Positions 50,681-62,200 of a stretch of 64,000 bases of DNA are shown piece after piece. Made by a program: the position numbers and the translations under genes. The DNA is taken from IMG/VR virus record IMGVR_UViG_3300032330_002160; one strand, given 5' to 3'. Every line of letters begins with the position of its first letter. The first letter of the stretch is position 1. Source of the stretch: an uncultured virus (IMG/VR IMGVR_UViG_3300032330_002160). Lineage: Duplodnaviria; Heunggongvirae; Uroviricota; Caudoviricetes. The notes beneath the pieces were generated by a model. The model did not search any database. It had not been told where the DNA came from and was given only the letters and a program-made list of their open reading frames with translations.

Positions 50681-51455
50681 ATACCAGAAAGATTTTATCA
50701 CCAACAATGTTGATAAGATGTCTGTAAGACAAATGGCCAAGAGATTAAAACTTGGCATGAAAAACATTGAAGATTATATTGTAGAGAATAGTTTAATTGA
50801 AGATGAAACAATTGAAATTAAACATAAGTTGCGGCGGACAAAAACATGGGATCACTTACAAGATGAACTTTCGCCCAACGAGCTTGAATTTTTTGAAGAA
50901 AAATACTCACAATACATTAGCCAGTTTAAAGATGATGTTTTAGTAACGGAAGAAACGCAGATTTTTATTTTAATCAAACTAGAAATCATGATGCACAGGA
51001 ACTCGAAAGCAAAAAAGAATGCTTCCTCTGAGATATCCCGAGTTATTAATATTCGAGATAAATTTATTGCGAAGTTCGCCGAATATAGCGATATGGAAGC
51101 GAAGGATCGTGATTATGTGTTGCAATTAGATACACAGATTCAAGCGCAAAAAACCGCCGAAGCCGCAAGGTCTGGCGAATTTATTAAACTCGAAGAAAAA
51201 CATCAGGCCTTACTTAAAGATTTAAAAGCGACTAGAGATCAGCGGGTCAGTCGTGTCGAATCTTCTAGAGAGAGTTTTATCGGGATTATTAAGAAATTGC
51301 AATCTGACGATGAGCGAGAAGCAACTGGGCGACATATGGAACTCATGAAAAAGGTAAGCGATAGAGAAAAAAATAGATTGGGGCGAGCCCACACATTTGT
51401 AGACGGAAATGAGGATCTCCCAATTCTAAATGCGGAGACAATTAATGCCGAATAA
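50673..51455 (+). CDS. HTH plus coiled-coil protein, candidate terminase small subunit
   Basis: MSVRQMAKRL HTH; lies upstream of TerL; functional call from position only. Confidence 0.45.
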   Translation: MTKYQKDFITNNVDKMSVRQMAKRLKLGMKNIEDYIVENSLIEDETIEIKHKLRRTKTWDHLQDELSPNELEFFEEKYSQYISQFKDDVLVTEETQIFILIKLEIMMHRNSKAKKNASSEISRVINIRDKFIAKFAEYSDMEAKDRDYVLQLDTQIQAQKTAEAARSGEFIKLEEKHQALLKDLKATRDQRVSRVESSRESFIGIIKKLQSDDEREATGRHMELMKKVSDREKNRLGRAHTFVDGNEDLPILNAETINAE

Positions 51456-51927
51456 TATAAATCATTTTTTAGTAATACGGGATACCCGAGAACAAACCGG
51501 CTGGCAATTCACCGCCGGAAAAACTTGTCTAGGGACTAAGGCGGGGACTTTGAAAACCGGCGACTATACGGTCGAAGGATACGAAAATCTTTTAAGTATT
51601 GAGAGGAAGGGCAGCGTTCAAGAATTCGCCCAAAATCTCATGGACGATAGATTTTTTCGTGAAATGGAACGCATGAAAGAATATAAATACGCTTATCTTG
51701 TTTTAGAATTTACCGCCGAAGATTTATTTAATTATCCAGAAAGTGCAAATATTCCATCAGCGGCAAAAGCTAGGATTCGCACCAATGGAAATTTCTTAAT
51801 GTCCAAAACAATGCACTTGCAAAACAATTATCCAATTAAAGTATTTTTCGCCGGAAGAAAAGGCAAGGACATGGCTTATTACATAATGAAAATGGTGACG
51901 GATGTTGAACCAAGACGAACTACTTAA
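51445..51927 (+). CDS. ERCC4/XPF-family nuclease
   Basis: DTREQ, LKTGDY, IERK and RFFREMERM motifs. Confidence 0.9.
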   Translation: MPNNINHFLVIRDTREQTGWQFTAGKTCLGTKAGTLKTGDYTVEGYENLLSIERKGSVQEFAQNLMDDRFFREMERMKEYKYAYLVLEFTAEDLFNYPESANIPSAAKARIRTNGNFLMSKTMHLQNNYPIKVFFAGRKGKDMAYYIMKMVTDVEPRRTT

Positions 51928-54052
51928 AAGTCTAATAGACAATGCTTGGCTCCTCTCAGACCTTGATCTTGTTAATGTAGATCAAGACTCTTCACTAAAA
52001 GAATTAGTAGATTTAGTTACCGTTGAAAAAGATGTTGACCACCCATTAAAACATTTACCACAAGAAATTACTTCAGAACATATTATTCGGATTATGCGAA
52101 ATCCAGAATATTTTCCATTCACATGCAAAGTTTTATTCAACATTGACATTCTGCCATTCCAACATTTAATTTTAAAAGAGCTTTGGAATAAGCCCTTTCC
52201 TATGTTGATAGGAAGTCGTGGACTTGGTAAAAGTTTTATTCTTGCGGTTTACGCAATGCTTCGCTTAACCTTTACTCAAGGATGCAAAGTAGCTATTATC
52301 GGTGCGGCGTTTCGTCAGTCTAAAGTTATTTTTGAATACATGGAAAAGCTTTGGTCAGATGGCCCGATTTTAAGAGACTTGTGCGGAAGCGGCAAGGGGC
52401 GTGGTGGTCGTGAACAAGGTCCCCGTAGAGACATCGACCGATGTGAAATGATTATCGGCGATTCTGTTGCTATTGCACTTCCTCTAGGAAATGGAGAGAA
52501 GATCAGAGGTCAACGTGCCAATTATATCATTGCCGACGAATACGCATCAATCTCAGAAGAAATTTACCAGAATGTTGTACGGGGCTTCGCCTCCGTTAGC
52601 GCCGACCCTGCCTCGCTAGTAAAACATAAGGCAAAAATCAAAGTTTTAAAGAAGTTGAATTTGTGGACGGATGAAAACGAAAAAGAAGAAATAAAAAATA
52701 TGAGAAGCAACCAGAATATTATTTCTGGTACGGCGAATTATTCATTCAATCATTTTTATAAAACATGGAAAACATACAAGTCGTTTATTGAAAGTCGTGG
52801 CAATAAAGAAAAGTTGCAAGAGATATTTGACGGGCCTGTACCAAACGGATTTGACTGGCGTGACTTTTCAATTATGCGAATTCCTGTCGATCTTTTGCCG
52901 CTAGGTTTTATGGATGAAAAACAAATTAGTTCGGCCAAAGCTACATTGTCTAAGTCAAATTACTCAATTGAATTCGGGGCGACCTTTGCAACTGATAGCG
53001 ATGGGTTTTTTAAGCGCAGTTTAATTGAATCTTGCACAGTTGGAAAGCCCGGATCGCCTGTAAAAGACGCTGAGGGAAATGATATTTTATTTGGTTCTGA
53101 TTTAATGGGCGATGATAATGTATGTCATGTAATTGCTGTTGACCCCGCTTCGGAACAAGATAATTTTTGCGTTATAATTATAGCTTTATATAATGGATAT
53201 CGTGGAGTTGTGCATTGCTGGACTACAACAAGAGCTGCTTTTAAAGCTAGATTAAAACACAATATTGTCAAAGAAGAAAACTTTTATGCTTTCTGCGCAA
53301 GAAAAATTAGAGATTTAATGTCGGCTTTTCCAAATGTTGTAAAGATTGTTCTTGACTCGCAAGGTGGTGGCTTTGCCATCGAAGAAGCGTTGCAAGATAG
53401 ATCAAAATTGCGTGAAGATGAACAACCAATTTGGCAAATCATTGATGACAACAAAGAAAGAGATAGCGACAACAAACAAGGATTGCATATTTTGCAAATG
53501 GTTAATTTTGCAGATTCAAAATGGACCGTCGAAGCGAATCACGGAATGAGAAAAGACATGGAAGACAAAATATTATTGTTTCCATTTTTTGATTCTGCCG
53601 CTGTAGGTCTTGCATATGAAGAAGATAAAGCTACAGGAAGATTAGTTGTCGATGATGACGATGAAATTAAACTATATGACACTCTTGAAGATTGCATGAT
53701 GGAAATTGAGGACATGAAAAATGAGTTAGCTTCAATTGTACATTCTGAAACAGCTAGCGGAAGAGAAAGATGGGATGTTCCATCCGTAAAACTGCCGGGA
53801 TCTAAAACTGGAAGACAAAGAAAAGATAGATATTCGGCACTTCTTATGGCAAATATGGGATCTAGACAAATTCAAAGAATTGATGCTCCTCCTGAATACA
53901 GTCCAAGAGGAGGATTTGCAAATGCGGTCAAATATAATGACACAGAAGAAATGTATACAGGCCCTGCATGGTTCGTAAATGCAGTCAAAAACATAGATTA
54001 TGGTGCCTCTGTCGCTAGAGACGGGGTAGAATTATTTGACCCTTCAACATAG
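51902..54052 (+). CDS. terL: terminase large subunit
   Basis: Walker A GSRGLGKS, IRGQRA, Walker B IIADE, nuclease VDPA and KDRYSAL. Confidence 0.92.
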   Translation: MLNQDELLKSLIDNAWLLSDLDLVNVDQDSSLKELVDLVTVEKDVDHPLKHLPQEITSEHIIRIMRNPEYFPFTCKVLFNIDILPFQHLILKELWNKPFPMLIGSRGLGKSFILAVYAMLRLTFTQGCKVAIIGAAFRQSKVIFEYMEKLWSDGPILRDLCGSGKGRGGREQGPRRDIDRCEMIIGDSVAIALPLGNGEKIRGQRANYIIADEYASISEEIYQNVVRGFASVSADPASLVKHKAKIKVLKKLNLWTDENEKEEIKNMRSNQNIISGTANYSFNHFYKTWKTYKSFIESRGNKEKLQEIFDGPVPNGFDWRDFSIMRIPVDLLPLGFMDEKQISSAKATLSKSNYSIEFGATFATDSDGFFKRSLIESCTVGKPGSPVKDAEGNDILFGSDLMGDDNVCHVIAVDPASEQDNFCVIIIALYNGYRGVVHCWTTTRAAFKARLKHNIVKEENFYAFCARKIRDLMSAFPNVVKIVLDSQGGGFAIEEALQDRSKLREDEQPIWQIIDDNKERDSDNKQGLHILQMVNFADSKWTVEANHGMRKDMEDKILLFPFFDSAAVGLAYEEDKATGRLVVDDDDEIKLYDTLEDCMMEIEDMKNELASIVHSETASGRERWDVPSVKLPGSKTGRQRKDRYSALLMANMGSRQIQRIDAPPEYSPRGGFANAVKYNDTEEMYTGPAWFVNAVKNIDYGASVARDGVELFDPST

Positions 54053-54062
54053 GAATAAAAAA

Positions 54063-56150
54063 ATGAGCGAAGAAAATAATAAACCTTTATTTGTTGCTTG
54101 GACCGACGAAGAGGGTAGTTTTGCAAAAGCATCTAAAGAAGCAAATGTAAAAAATTACACGGCAGTTAAGGCCTCAAACACTTATCAAAACATTGCACAA
54201 CCAAATGTTTCAGTTCGTCAAGGTTATGACAGAAGAGATTACGATTTCTTTCGTCCGGGCGAACAAATTCCAACTCGGGAATTGGATATTATTGCAGCAT
54301 GTATGCAATCATATGAAAAAATTGGAATTGTACGCAACACAATTGACATGATGAGCGAATTTGCATGTCAAGGAATTGATTTAGTGCATCCAAATCCGAG
54401 AATTGAAGACTTTTATAAGCAATGGTTTGCAAAAATTAACGGTAAAGAGCGAACAGAAAGAATTTTGAACTTATTTTATCGAGCTGGAAACTTAATTGTT
54501 AAGAGAAATACGGCAAAATTAAAGCCAGAAGATGCTGACAACCTAAAAAAAGGCATTGCTGCCGATGTTAAAGTCGAAAAAACTAAAACTATTAAGCCAA
54601 TGGAGATACCTTGGGAGTATGTAATCTATAATCCTTTGGCAATTGAGGTATATGGATCAGAATTAGCTCCATATTGGGGCCAAAAATACTTCAAATATGG
54701 AATTAGAATCCCAGAATTTATTGATAAAAAGCTAAAAAATCCAGAAGCAGAAGTTTATCGTGAATTTATTAGTAAAGTTCCAAAAGAAGTAACAGATTTG
54801 GCTAGAAAAGGCGGAAAAGTTATTCCTTTGGACTCAGATAAAATTACCGCAATCTATTATAAGAAAGATGATTGGCAAGTTTGGGCGAAGCCCATGATAT
54901 TTGCTATCATGGAAGATCTTATTATGCTCCGGAAAATGAAACTTGCCGATCTTTCTGCTCTAGACGGCGCTGTTAGTCATATCCGTATGTGGAGATTGGG
55001 TTCGCTTGACCACAAAATCATGCCGACCGAGAATGCTATCGCTCGTTTGGCTGAAATGTTGATGAATAATGTCGGCGGTGGTACTATGGACTTGATTTGG
55101 GGCCCAGAATTGGACTTTAAAGAAAGTTCTGTTGATATCAGCAAGTTCTTAGGTGAAGAAAAATATAAACCAATATTGAATAATATTTTTGCAGGCTTGG
55201 GTATTCCTGCCGGATTAACTGGCTTGTCTACCTCTCAAGGCTTTTCAAATAATTATATCGGACTTAGAACTCTTGTCGAGAGACTTGAGTATGGTCGTGA
55301 TAAAGTTGTTCAATTTTGGGCTAATGAAGTTAAAATTGTTCAGCAAGCTATGGGTTTTAGACAGCCAGCGCAAATAGTATTTGATAAGCATGTGTTATCT
55401 GATGAGTCTGCCATGTTAAGACTGCTTGTAGAAATGTCAGATAGAAATCTTATCAGCGATGAGGCCATCCAAGAGAGATTTGACCTTATTCCTGAAATTG
55501 AAAGGGTGCGCCTTAATCGTGAAACACGAAGGCGTGAAAACGAAAGTATGCCTGCTAAACTTGGACCATTTTCTACCGATACAAAAGAAGCAGTTAAGAA
55601 AATATTTGCTCAGAATGGAAGAATGGGGCCAAGTGATTTTAACATCGAAGCAAATGATGTTGTTGAAGCTGAACCAAAACAAAATACTGCCCCTGTCAAT
55701 GAAGAAAAACCCAAGGGCGAGCCGGGACAAGGAAGACCGCCCGGTAAGAAAGATGACCTTAAACGCAATCGTAGAACGATTAAACCTGTCAATGCTTCAC
55801 ATTGGTATGAAGAAAAATATTATAAAATTGAAGAAATAACAACTCCTGCTTTTTTAGCAAGTATTAACAAGGCTTCAGTTGAAGATTTGTCAGATAAAGA
55901 ATATCAATCATTTGAAAATTTTAAAATTGGTTTATTGTCACAATTTATGCAGAAAGATAGTGTAACCAAGCAAAAAATACAAGCTGCGCTTTCTTCTGAG
56001 ATTGTTATTCCCAAGCCTTTAAAAGCCTTAATTAAATTAACAGAACAAAAGCTAGAGAACAAACAAAAAAGGCCTCTAGAGTTCTATCAAAAAAGAAAAA
56101 TAGCATTATCTGCGTATGCAATTTATGCTGGCGATAATAAAATGGTGTAA
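54063..56150 (+). CDS. portal protein
   Basis: Follows TerL; IVRNTIDMM; helical core; GRP-containing tail. Confidence 0.8.
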   Translation: MSEENNKPLFVAWTDEEGSFAKASKEANVKNYTAVKASNTYQNIAQPNVSVRQGYDRRDYDFFRPGEQIPTRELDIIAACMQSYEKIGIVRNTIDMMSEFACQGIDLVHPNPRIEDFYKQWFAKINGKERTERILNLFYRAGNLIVKRNTAKLKPEDADNLKKGIAADVKVEKTKTIKPMEIPWEYVIYNPLAIEVYGSELAPYWGQKYFKYGIRIPEFIDKKLKNPEAEVYREFISKVPKEVTDLARKGGKVIPLDSDKITAIYYKKDDWQVWAKPMIFAIMEDLIMLRKMKLADLSALDGAVSHIRMWRLGSLDHKIMPTENAIARLAEMLMNNVGGGTMDLIWGPELDFKESSVDISKFLGEEKYKPILNNIFAGLGIPAGLTGLSTSQGFSNNYIGLRTLVERLEYGRDKVVQFWANEVKIVQQAMGFRQPAQIVFDKHVLSDESAMLRLLVEMSDRNLISDEAIQERFDLIPEIERVRLNRETRRRENESMPAKLGPFSTDTKEAVKKIFAQNGRMGPSDFNIEANDVVEAEPKQNTAPVNEEKPKGEPGQGRPPGKKDDLKRNRRTIKPVNASHWYEEKYYKIEEITTPAFLASINKASVEDLSDKEYQSFENFKIGLLSQFMQKDSVTKQKIQAALSSEIVIPKPLKALIKLTEQKLENKQKRPLEFYQKRKIALSAYAIYAGDNKMV

Positions 56151-56164
56151 AATTATTTTGGAGG

Positions 56165-57640
56165 ATGAATAAAATGAATATACCTATTTTCAAAGCTGAA
56201 AAAGAAGCAGGACTAGAAGACTTAATTAAGACTTCTGCTGCCGTCGCATTATGCGGTGATGCTGATTTGGTAGATTCATTTGAAATTCCCTCAACAGCTA
56301 AAGCTTATCTTCTTGCCAAAGCTGAAAATAAAAATCAAATCGACCTTGCTTATTTAAAAACTATTTTAGTTTCTACGGGCTGGAATCTCAATGATGATGT
56401 ATTCGATCCTCTAGAAATGTGGTCTGCGAAATCTAGCCCAGAAGATAAGCCTTTTAATTACGAGCATTGTCAAGATGACATCATCGGACATATAACTGGA
56501 TGTTATGCTATTGACAACAATAGCGAGATGCTTTTAGATAATTTAGATTATAAGTCCATACCTCAACACTATCATATTGTCGCCTCTTCTGTGCTTTATA
56601 AAATTTGGGAGAATCCCGAGAAGCAAGAGAGAATGGACAGCATCCTTAAAGAAATTTCTCAAGGAAAATGGTTTGTAAGCATGGAAGCTCTCTTCCAAGG
56701 ATTTGATTATTCTATCAAGTCTGCGAAGGGAACTGAAATTATTGCTAGAAATGAAAAGACGGCATTCTTAACTAAATATCTTAAGGCTTATGGTGGAAAT
56801 GGTAAGTTTGAGGATGCGAAAATTGGTCGTGTTCTTAGAAATATTGTTTTTTCCGGTAAGGGATTAGTTAGAAAACCAGCAAATCCTGATAGCGTTATTT
56901 TATCTTCGAGTAAAGCTTCGGGGTATGATCAAAATGAACCCATTAAGGAGAACGAAATGACTGAATTAGTTTTAGCCCAAGAAAAAGCCGCTGAACTTCA
57001 AGCTCAACTTGAAAATGCTCAGGCTGAATTGGCAAAAATCAAAGCCGAAAAACAACTTACTGATCGCATCTCGGCCATTGCTTCTAAGTTGGAAGCTAAT
57101 CCTGAGGAAGCTACCACTTTAGCTACTGCTCTTAATACTCTTGCTGATGCAGAGTTTAATACCGTAGTTGCTACTGCTGAAGCTTATATGTCCGCTAAGT
57201 TGTCGGCTTATAAGGCTAAGGCAGGCGACCTGTCTGAAATCAAAGCAAGCCTTGATACTTTAATTAAAGGTCAAGCTGAAATGTCCAAAAAGTTTAATGA
57301 AAAAATGGAACCCGTGGAAGATCCAGAAAATGGCCCCGGCGAACCAGAAAAGCAAACCGAAGCAGTAAAAATGCCTGCTGGACCTGCCACTAAAACACCT
57401 GTCAAGAAGATCTCTGGTCCTTTTAAAATGAGTAGCATGCCTAAAGAAGCTGCTCCTATCGTAACGGGATCTGATCACTCTGAAGAAACTACTTCTTCTG
57501 AGCTTTTAGACAGCGCCAAGCCAAATGAAGAACCAGCTTTGGCATCTGCTCCTGTAGAAGCAGATGAAATGAGCAAAATTGCGGCTCAAATCGCATCTTA
57601 CCTCAATTTAGATTCTAGAAAAGAAGAAGCGAAAGTTTAA
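56165..57640 (+). CDS. prohead protease-scaffold fusion
   Basis: N.NDD.F, YEH..IIGH, VSME, G.GLV.KPA protease motifs followed by an A/E/K-rich coiled coil. Confidence 0.82.
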   Translation: MNKMNIPIFKAEKEAGLEDLIKTSAAVALCGDADLVDSFEIPSTAKAYLLAKAENKNQIDLAYLKTILVSTGWNLNDDVFDPLEMWSAKSSPEDKPFNYEHCQDDIIGHITGCYAIDNNSEMLLDNLDYKSIPQHYHIVASSVLYKIWENPEKQERMDSILKEISQGKWFVSMEALFQGFDYSIKSAKGTEIIARNEKTAFLTKYLKAYGGNGKFEDAKIGRVLRNIVFSGKGLVRKPANPDSVILSSSKASGYDQNEPIKENEMTELVLAQEKAAELQAQLENAQAELAKIKAEKQLTDRISAIASKLEANPEEATTLATALNTLADAEFNTVVATAEAYMSAKLSAYKAKAGDLSEIKASLDTLIKGQAEMSKKFNEKMEPVEDPENGPGEPEKQTEAVKMPAGPATKTPVKKISGPFKMSSMPKEAAPIVTGSDHSEETTSSELLDSAKPNEEPALASAPVEADEMSKIAAQIASYLNLDSRKEEAKV

Positions 57641-57666
57641 ATTTCTATTATAAGGAGAACCTGAAG

Positions 57667-58134
57667 ATGGCTCTTAAACCTGATCGTTCTATTGAGACAA
57701 CTGAAATCACTTTAGTGTGCAACGATGTCATTGTCAAGGGTGCAGTCCTTGTTTATGGCACCGGAGCCACCACTTCGGCATCTGGTGCGGGTGTTTATAC
57801 TCCCGGCGCTGCTGAATTTGCTGCTAACTCTTCTGGCCGTATTCCGGCTGGTCTTAGCCTTGCAAACTTCGTTAATATTGACCAAACCCGTCAGAAGAGG
57901 AACTTCCACAAAGACGAGCAAATCGTCGGTGAAAAGGCTCCTTTGCTTCGTAGGGGTTGGGTTATCACCGACCAAATCGCAGCCGTAACTGTCGCCGTTG
58001 GCGATACTGCGTATCTTGGCGCTTCTGGCTTATTAACCAACTCTTCGGCAAACGGTGCGCCTAAGGTTGGGCAATTTGCAACCAAGAAGGATGCAGATGG
58101 TTACGCCAAGGTTCACATTCATTTGCCACAATAA
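57667..58134 (+). CDS. head decoration / cement protein
   Basis: Lies between scaffold and MCP; G.TAYLGASG.LT...VGQF...DADGYAKV. Confidence 0.7.
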   Translation: MALKPDRSIETTEITLVCNDVIVKGAVLVYGTGATTSASGAGVYTPGAAEFAANSSGRIPAGLSLANFVNIDQTRQKRNFHKDEQIVGEKAPLLRRGWVITDQIAAVTVAVGDTAYLGASGLLTNSSANGAPKVGQFATKKDADGYAKVHIHLPQ

Positions 58135-58165
58135 TAATTTAATTAACAATTAGGAGAAAATTCAG

Positions 58166-59170
58166 ATGAAAAAGCCTACAGCCGAAATGATTGATTTGCT
58201 TCGTCAAGCGGGAGATAACCGCTACGAATGCGCTACCGCAGCCCAGTTAGAGCTTGCTAAGGCTCTTACTCTTCCTCTCCGTCAGGGGATCTTGAAGGGT
58301 GACATCATCAGCGGGATCTATGAGCCCGTTTATTTTGCCCCCGGTACTGCCGTTGAATTCCCCTTGGACTTCATCGCTCCCGGCACCGAACGTGATTATG
58401 TCGCTTATACGGTTCCTGCCCAAGGCCGGATTCCTGAGCGTCATATCGAAGGTGACTTCGTAATGGTTCCTACCTATGAAGTAGGTAGCTCCATCGACTT
58501 CGCAATGAAGTACGCTCGCGATGCCCGTTGGGACATTGTTGGTCGTGCTATGCAAGTTCTTGAAGCGTCTTTCACTCGCAAGATGAACGACGACGGCTGG
58601 AGAACCCTCCTTTACGCCGGTTACGGTCGCAACCTCACCGTTTACGATGATGCTGCTACTGCTGGCCTCTTCACCAAGCGTCTTATCGCTTTGATGAAAA
58701 CCGTTATGCGTCGTAACGCTGGTGGTAACTCGACCTCGGTTAACCGTGGTCAGCTTACCGACGTTTACGTCTCTCCTGAAGCGATGGAAGATATCCGTAG
58801 CTGGGATCTTTCTCAGGTCGATGACTTCACCCGTCGTGAGATCTATCTTGCAGGCACCGGCAACGAAGAGTTTGGTCAGACCAGCCTCTTTGGTGTTCGC
58901 CTCCACGATCTTGACGAATTGGGTGTTGGTCAAGAATATCAAAACTATGCCGTTAACACCCTCGGTGTTTCCCTTCCCGGCAGCAAGACTGAACTCGTTG
59001 TTGGTCTTGACCTTTCCAAGGGCGACTCGTTCGTTATGCCTTGGAGACAGGAAATCGAAGTATTTGAAGATCCTACCTTCCATCGTCAACGCAGAGTTGG
59101 CTTCTATGGCTTCGGCGAATACGGTTTCTCCGTACTCGACAGCCGCAGAGTATTGCTCGGCGCTCTTTAA
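58166..59170 (+). CDS. major capsid protein (HK97 fold inferred)
   Basis: 334 aa; strong codon bias; AGGAG RBS; position after the decoration gene; terminator downstream. Confidence 0.85.
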   Translation: MKKPTAEMIDLLRQAGDNRYECATAAQLELAKALTLPLRQGILKGDIISGIYEPVYFAPGTAVEFPLDFIAPGTERDYVAYTVPAQGRIPERHIEGDFVMVPTYEVGSSIDFAMKYARDARWDIVGRAMQVLEASFTRKMNDDGWRTLLYAGYGRNLTVYDDAATAGLFTKRLIALMKTVMRRNAGGNSTSVNRGQLTDVYVSPEAMEDIRSWDLSQVDDFTRREIYLAGTGNEEFGQTSLFGVRLHDLDELGVGQEYQNYAVNTLGVSLPGSKTELVVGLDLSKGDSFVMPWRQEIEVFEDPTFHRQRRVGFYGFGEYGFSVLDSRRVLLGAL

Positions 59171-59195
59171 TAAAAAGCGTTTTAATTGCAAAGAG

Positions 59196-59227
59196 AATAG
59201 GGGGCCAAAAGCCCCCTGTTTTCTTTT
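59196..59227 (+). terminator. rho-independent terminator
   Basis: AGGGGGC-CAAAA-GCCCCCT followed by a T-rich tail. Confidence 0.8.
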
Positions 59228-59260
59228 ATATGGGTGTATTTTTCATATAGGAGAAATACT

Positions 59261-62200
59261 ATGCCAAGAATTATATCTAGAATTATTGATCAATATGATT
59301 TTGAAGGTCCTCCACTATCTGGAAAAGCATTAGTTTATGATAGTGCGACACAAAAATTTAAAACTTTATCTATTAATGGAAATGGTAGTGGTACTGTTAA
59401 TTATGTTAGTGGAAGTGGAACTGTAAATGGCATTACATTAACTGGAAATGTCACTTCTTCTGGGACATTAACTTTAGGTGGGAATCTTTCAAATGTATCT
59501 TTATTGTCTCAAGTAAGTGGAATTTTGCCAATAGCAAATGGTGGGACTTCATCAAGCACAGCAACTGGAGCTCTTTCTGCTTTAGGCGCAATTGGAAGCA
59601 TAACTTCGACCAATGGATCTGTATCTGTTACAAATAGTGGAACTAATGTTGATTTATCTGTAACAGTAGCTGCTGCTACAAACAATGTTATTGTTCAAGT
59701 AAGAAATACCACTGGAGCGACTTTAACTAAGGGAACAATAGTTTATATTAATAATGCTACTGGCCAGACTCCTACTGTTGCAAAAGCTCTTGCTACATCT
59801 GATGCAACTTCCGCACAAACATTAGGAATGGTTTCAGCAGATATTTCAAACAATGGTGTTGGTTATGTAACTATAATTGGTTTAATTGATGATATTAATA
59901 CAAATTCATATCAAGACGGTGATCAATTATATCTTAGTTCAACTACTGCTGGCACATTCACAAATGTCAAGCCTTATGCGCCAATCCATTTAGTTTATGT
60001 TGGCGTAGTTGAATATGCACATCAAAATCACGGAAAAATATTTGTTAAAGTTCAAAATGGCTATGAGTTAGATGAATTACACGATGTAGAAGCAAGATAT
60101 CCAACAAGTGGTCAAACACTTATTTATAACTCAGCAAGTGGAGCTTGGCAAAATTCTCTTTTGTCTTTAACGCATAGTGTGACAGGAGTATTGCCTGTTG
60201 CAAATGGTGGAACTAACGCCTCTTCTCTAGGAGCATCCGGAAACTTTTTATATTTTAATGGATCAGGCGTTCAAGGTCAAAACATTTTATTATATACGCC
60301 AACAGGAATCGGAATTAATAATTCTGCTCCTTCTGGGGCATTACATGTAAAAACTTCATCTGGTACTGGTAAAGCTTTAATTGTACAAGGTTTTAATTCT
60401 CAATCTGGAAATCTGCAAGAATGGCAAAGTTCAAGCGGTGTTTCTTTAGCTTATATAGATGCTAGCGGAAATCTTTATAACAACAACATACTAGCTTTAC
60501 CAGTTAGTTCTGGTGTTGGTAATGACATTAATATCACTGCTGGATCCGGCGTTACATCTGGATCTGGCGGAAGTATAATTTTAAAAGCTGGACTTAAAGC
60601 TACTACTGGTAGTGACGGAAAAGTAATTGTTAAACAAAATGCTAGTCAAACTAGCAATATTTTTGAGGTGCAAGCTAGCGATGGAACTGCGGCAATTAGT
60701 GTTAGTAGTGCTAATCCATCAGTCATTACTATTAGCGACCGTGGTGGAGCAGATTTAGTTGTAGGCGCAAATCAAATACAAATAAATAGGAATAATGCAA
60801 GCCCAGTTTATTTTCACAATGCGGCAGCAGCTGGACAATCTTCAGTAGATATTAGATCTGCAAATCTTTTGTGTGGAGGATATAGCACATCTAATATACC
60901 ATTAATAGTGAGATCAGCATCAGGACAAACAGCAAATTTACAAGAATGGAGAAATAATAGTGGAACCGCCCTAATAAGCGCATCCGCAAATGGCAATTTA
61001 ACAATTGGTACAACAGGAACTAATCAAAGATTGATAGTCCAAGGCGGAACCAATGCGCAAGCGACTGAACCTGCGTTCGTGATCAAGAACGCAGCTGGTT
61101 CAAACATTCTTTTCGTGGATACAAAACGATCTGAAGTAGCAATCGGATCAGCATTATTTTTTGGTCAGGGTAATGCTACGACAGCATATCTTACCACTGA
61201 TTCTCAAGGCGGTTTTAGTTGGGTTAGCGCAGTTACTACAGCTCCTGATATAAATTATGTCTTTGCTGTTGGTACAAGTAGCAATATTACTAAATCTGGT
61301 GGAACCACTTCTTATATTGGAGGTATACTTTCTGGGTGCAAATTTTATCCAACGTCTGGAACTAGTGCTTACGCTAGTTTTGTAGCTGCTAGTGCTATCA
61401 ATCAAACAAGTACAGCATCAGGCACTGTGCGTGGATTATATGTTAATGATAATTTGATATCAGTTCTAGGAACTTATCGTGCAATTGAAACGACATATGG
61501 CAATGTTCTAATTAACACAGGAAATACAGCATATAAAGGATTAATAATACAGGCTGCGACATCTCAAACAGCAAATCTTCAAGAATTACAAAACAGTAGT
61601 GGAACACCTTTAACTTATATAGATGCTACTGGAAGACTTTACAATAACAACATATTAGCTTTACCAGTCGCTTCTGGATCGGGAAATAGTATTACATTAG
61701 CTGCTGGTAGTGGTGTTACTTCGGGAGCTGGCGGTAGTTTAATTCTTAAAGCTGGCATACAAGCTACAACAGGTGGTGATGGAACTGTTGCAATTCAACA
61801 AGTATCTGGGCAGACAAGTAATTTATTTGAAACTATAAATACAACTGGGGCCAAATTATTTCAAATTAGCAACAACGGTCAAGTTGCTTCTTTTACATCT
61901 GATAGCTCAAGCAGTCCGGGAAATAGATGGACTGGCACTATAACTTTTAATCCTAACTTATTTGGAACAGATGTTCCCGGATTTGCTTTTAGCAATACTC
62001 ATTCTTCATATGGATCTAGAGGTGGCATATCTGCTAATGGCGTATCTTTAAATGCAGGAACTATTACTGCAAGTTGGAATGGTCCAAGTGCCGCAACAAT
62101 GTTAAATTTAAATCGAAACGGTTCAGCTCGCTATTCAATTTATGATGATGTAAGCTTAAATAATAATATTTATTTCTATATAGGCACTTCAACAACTACG

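Noticed and set aside
58247..59191. 314-aa ORF antisense to the MCP
   Set aside because: Shadow of strongly biased codon usage; no recognisable motifs
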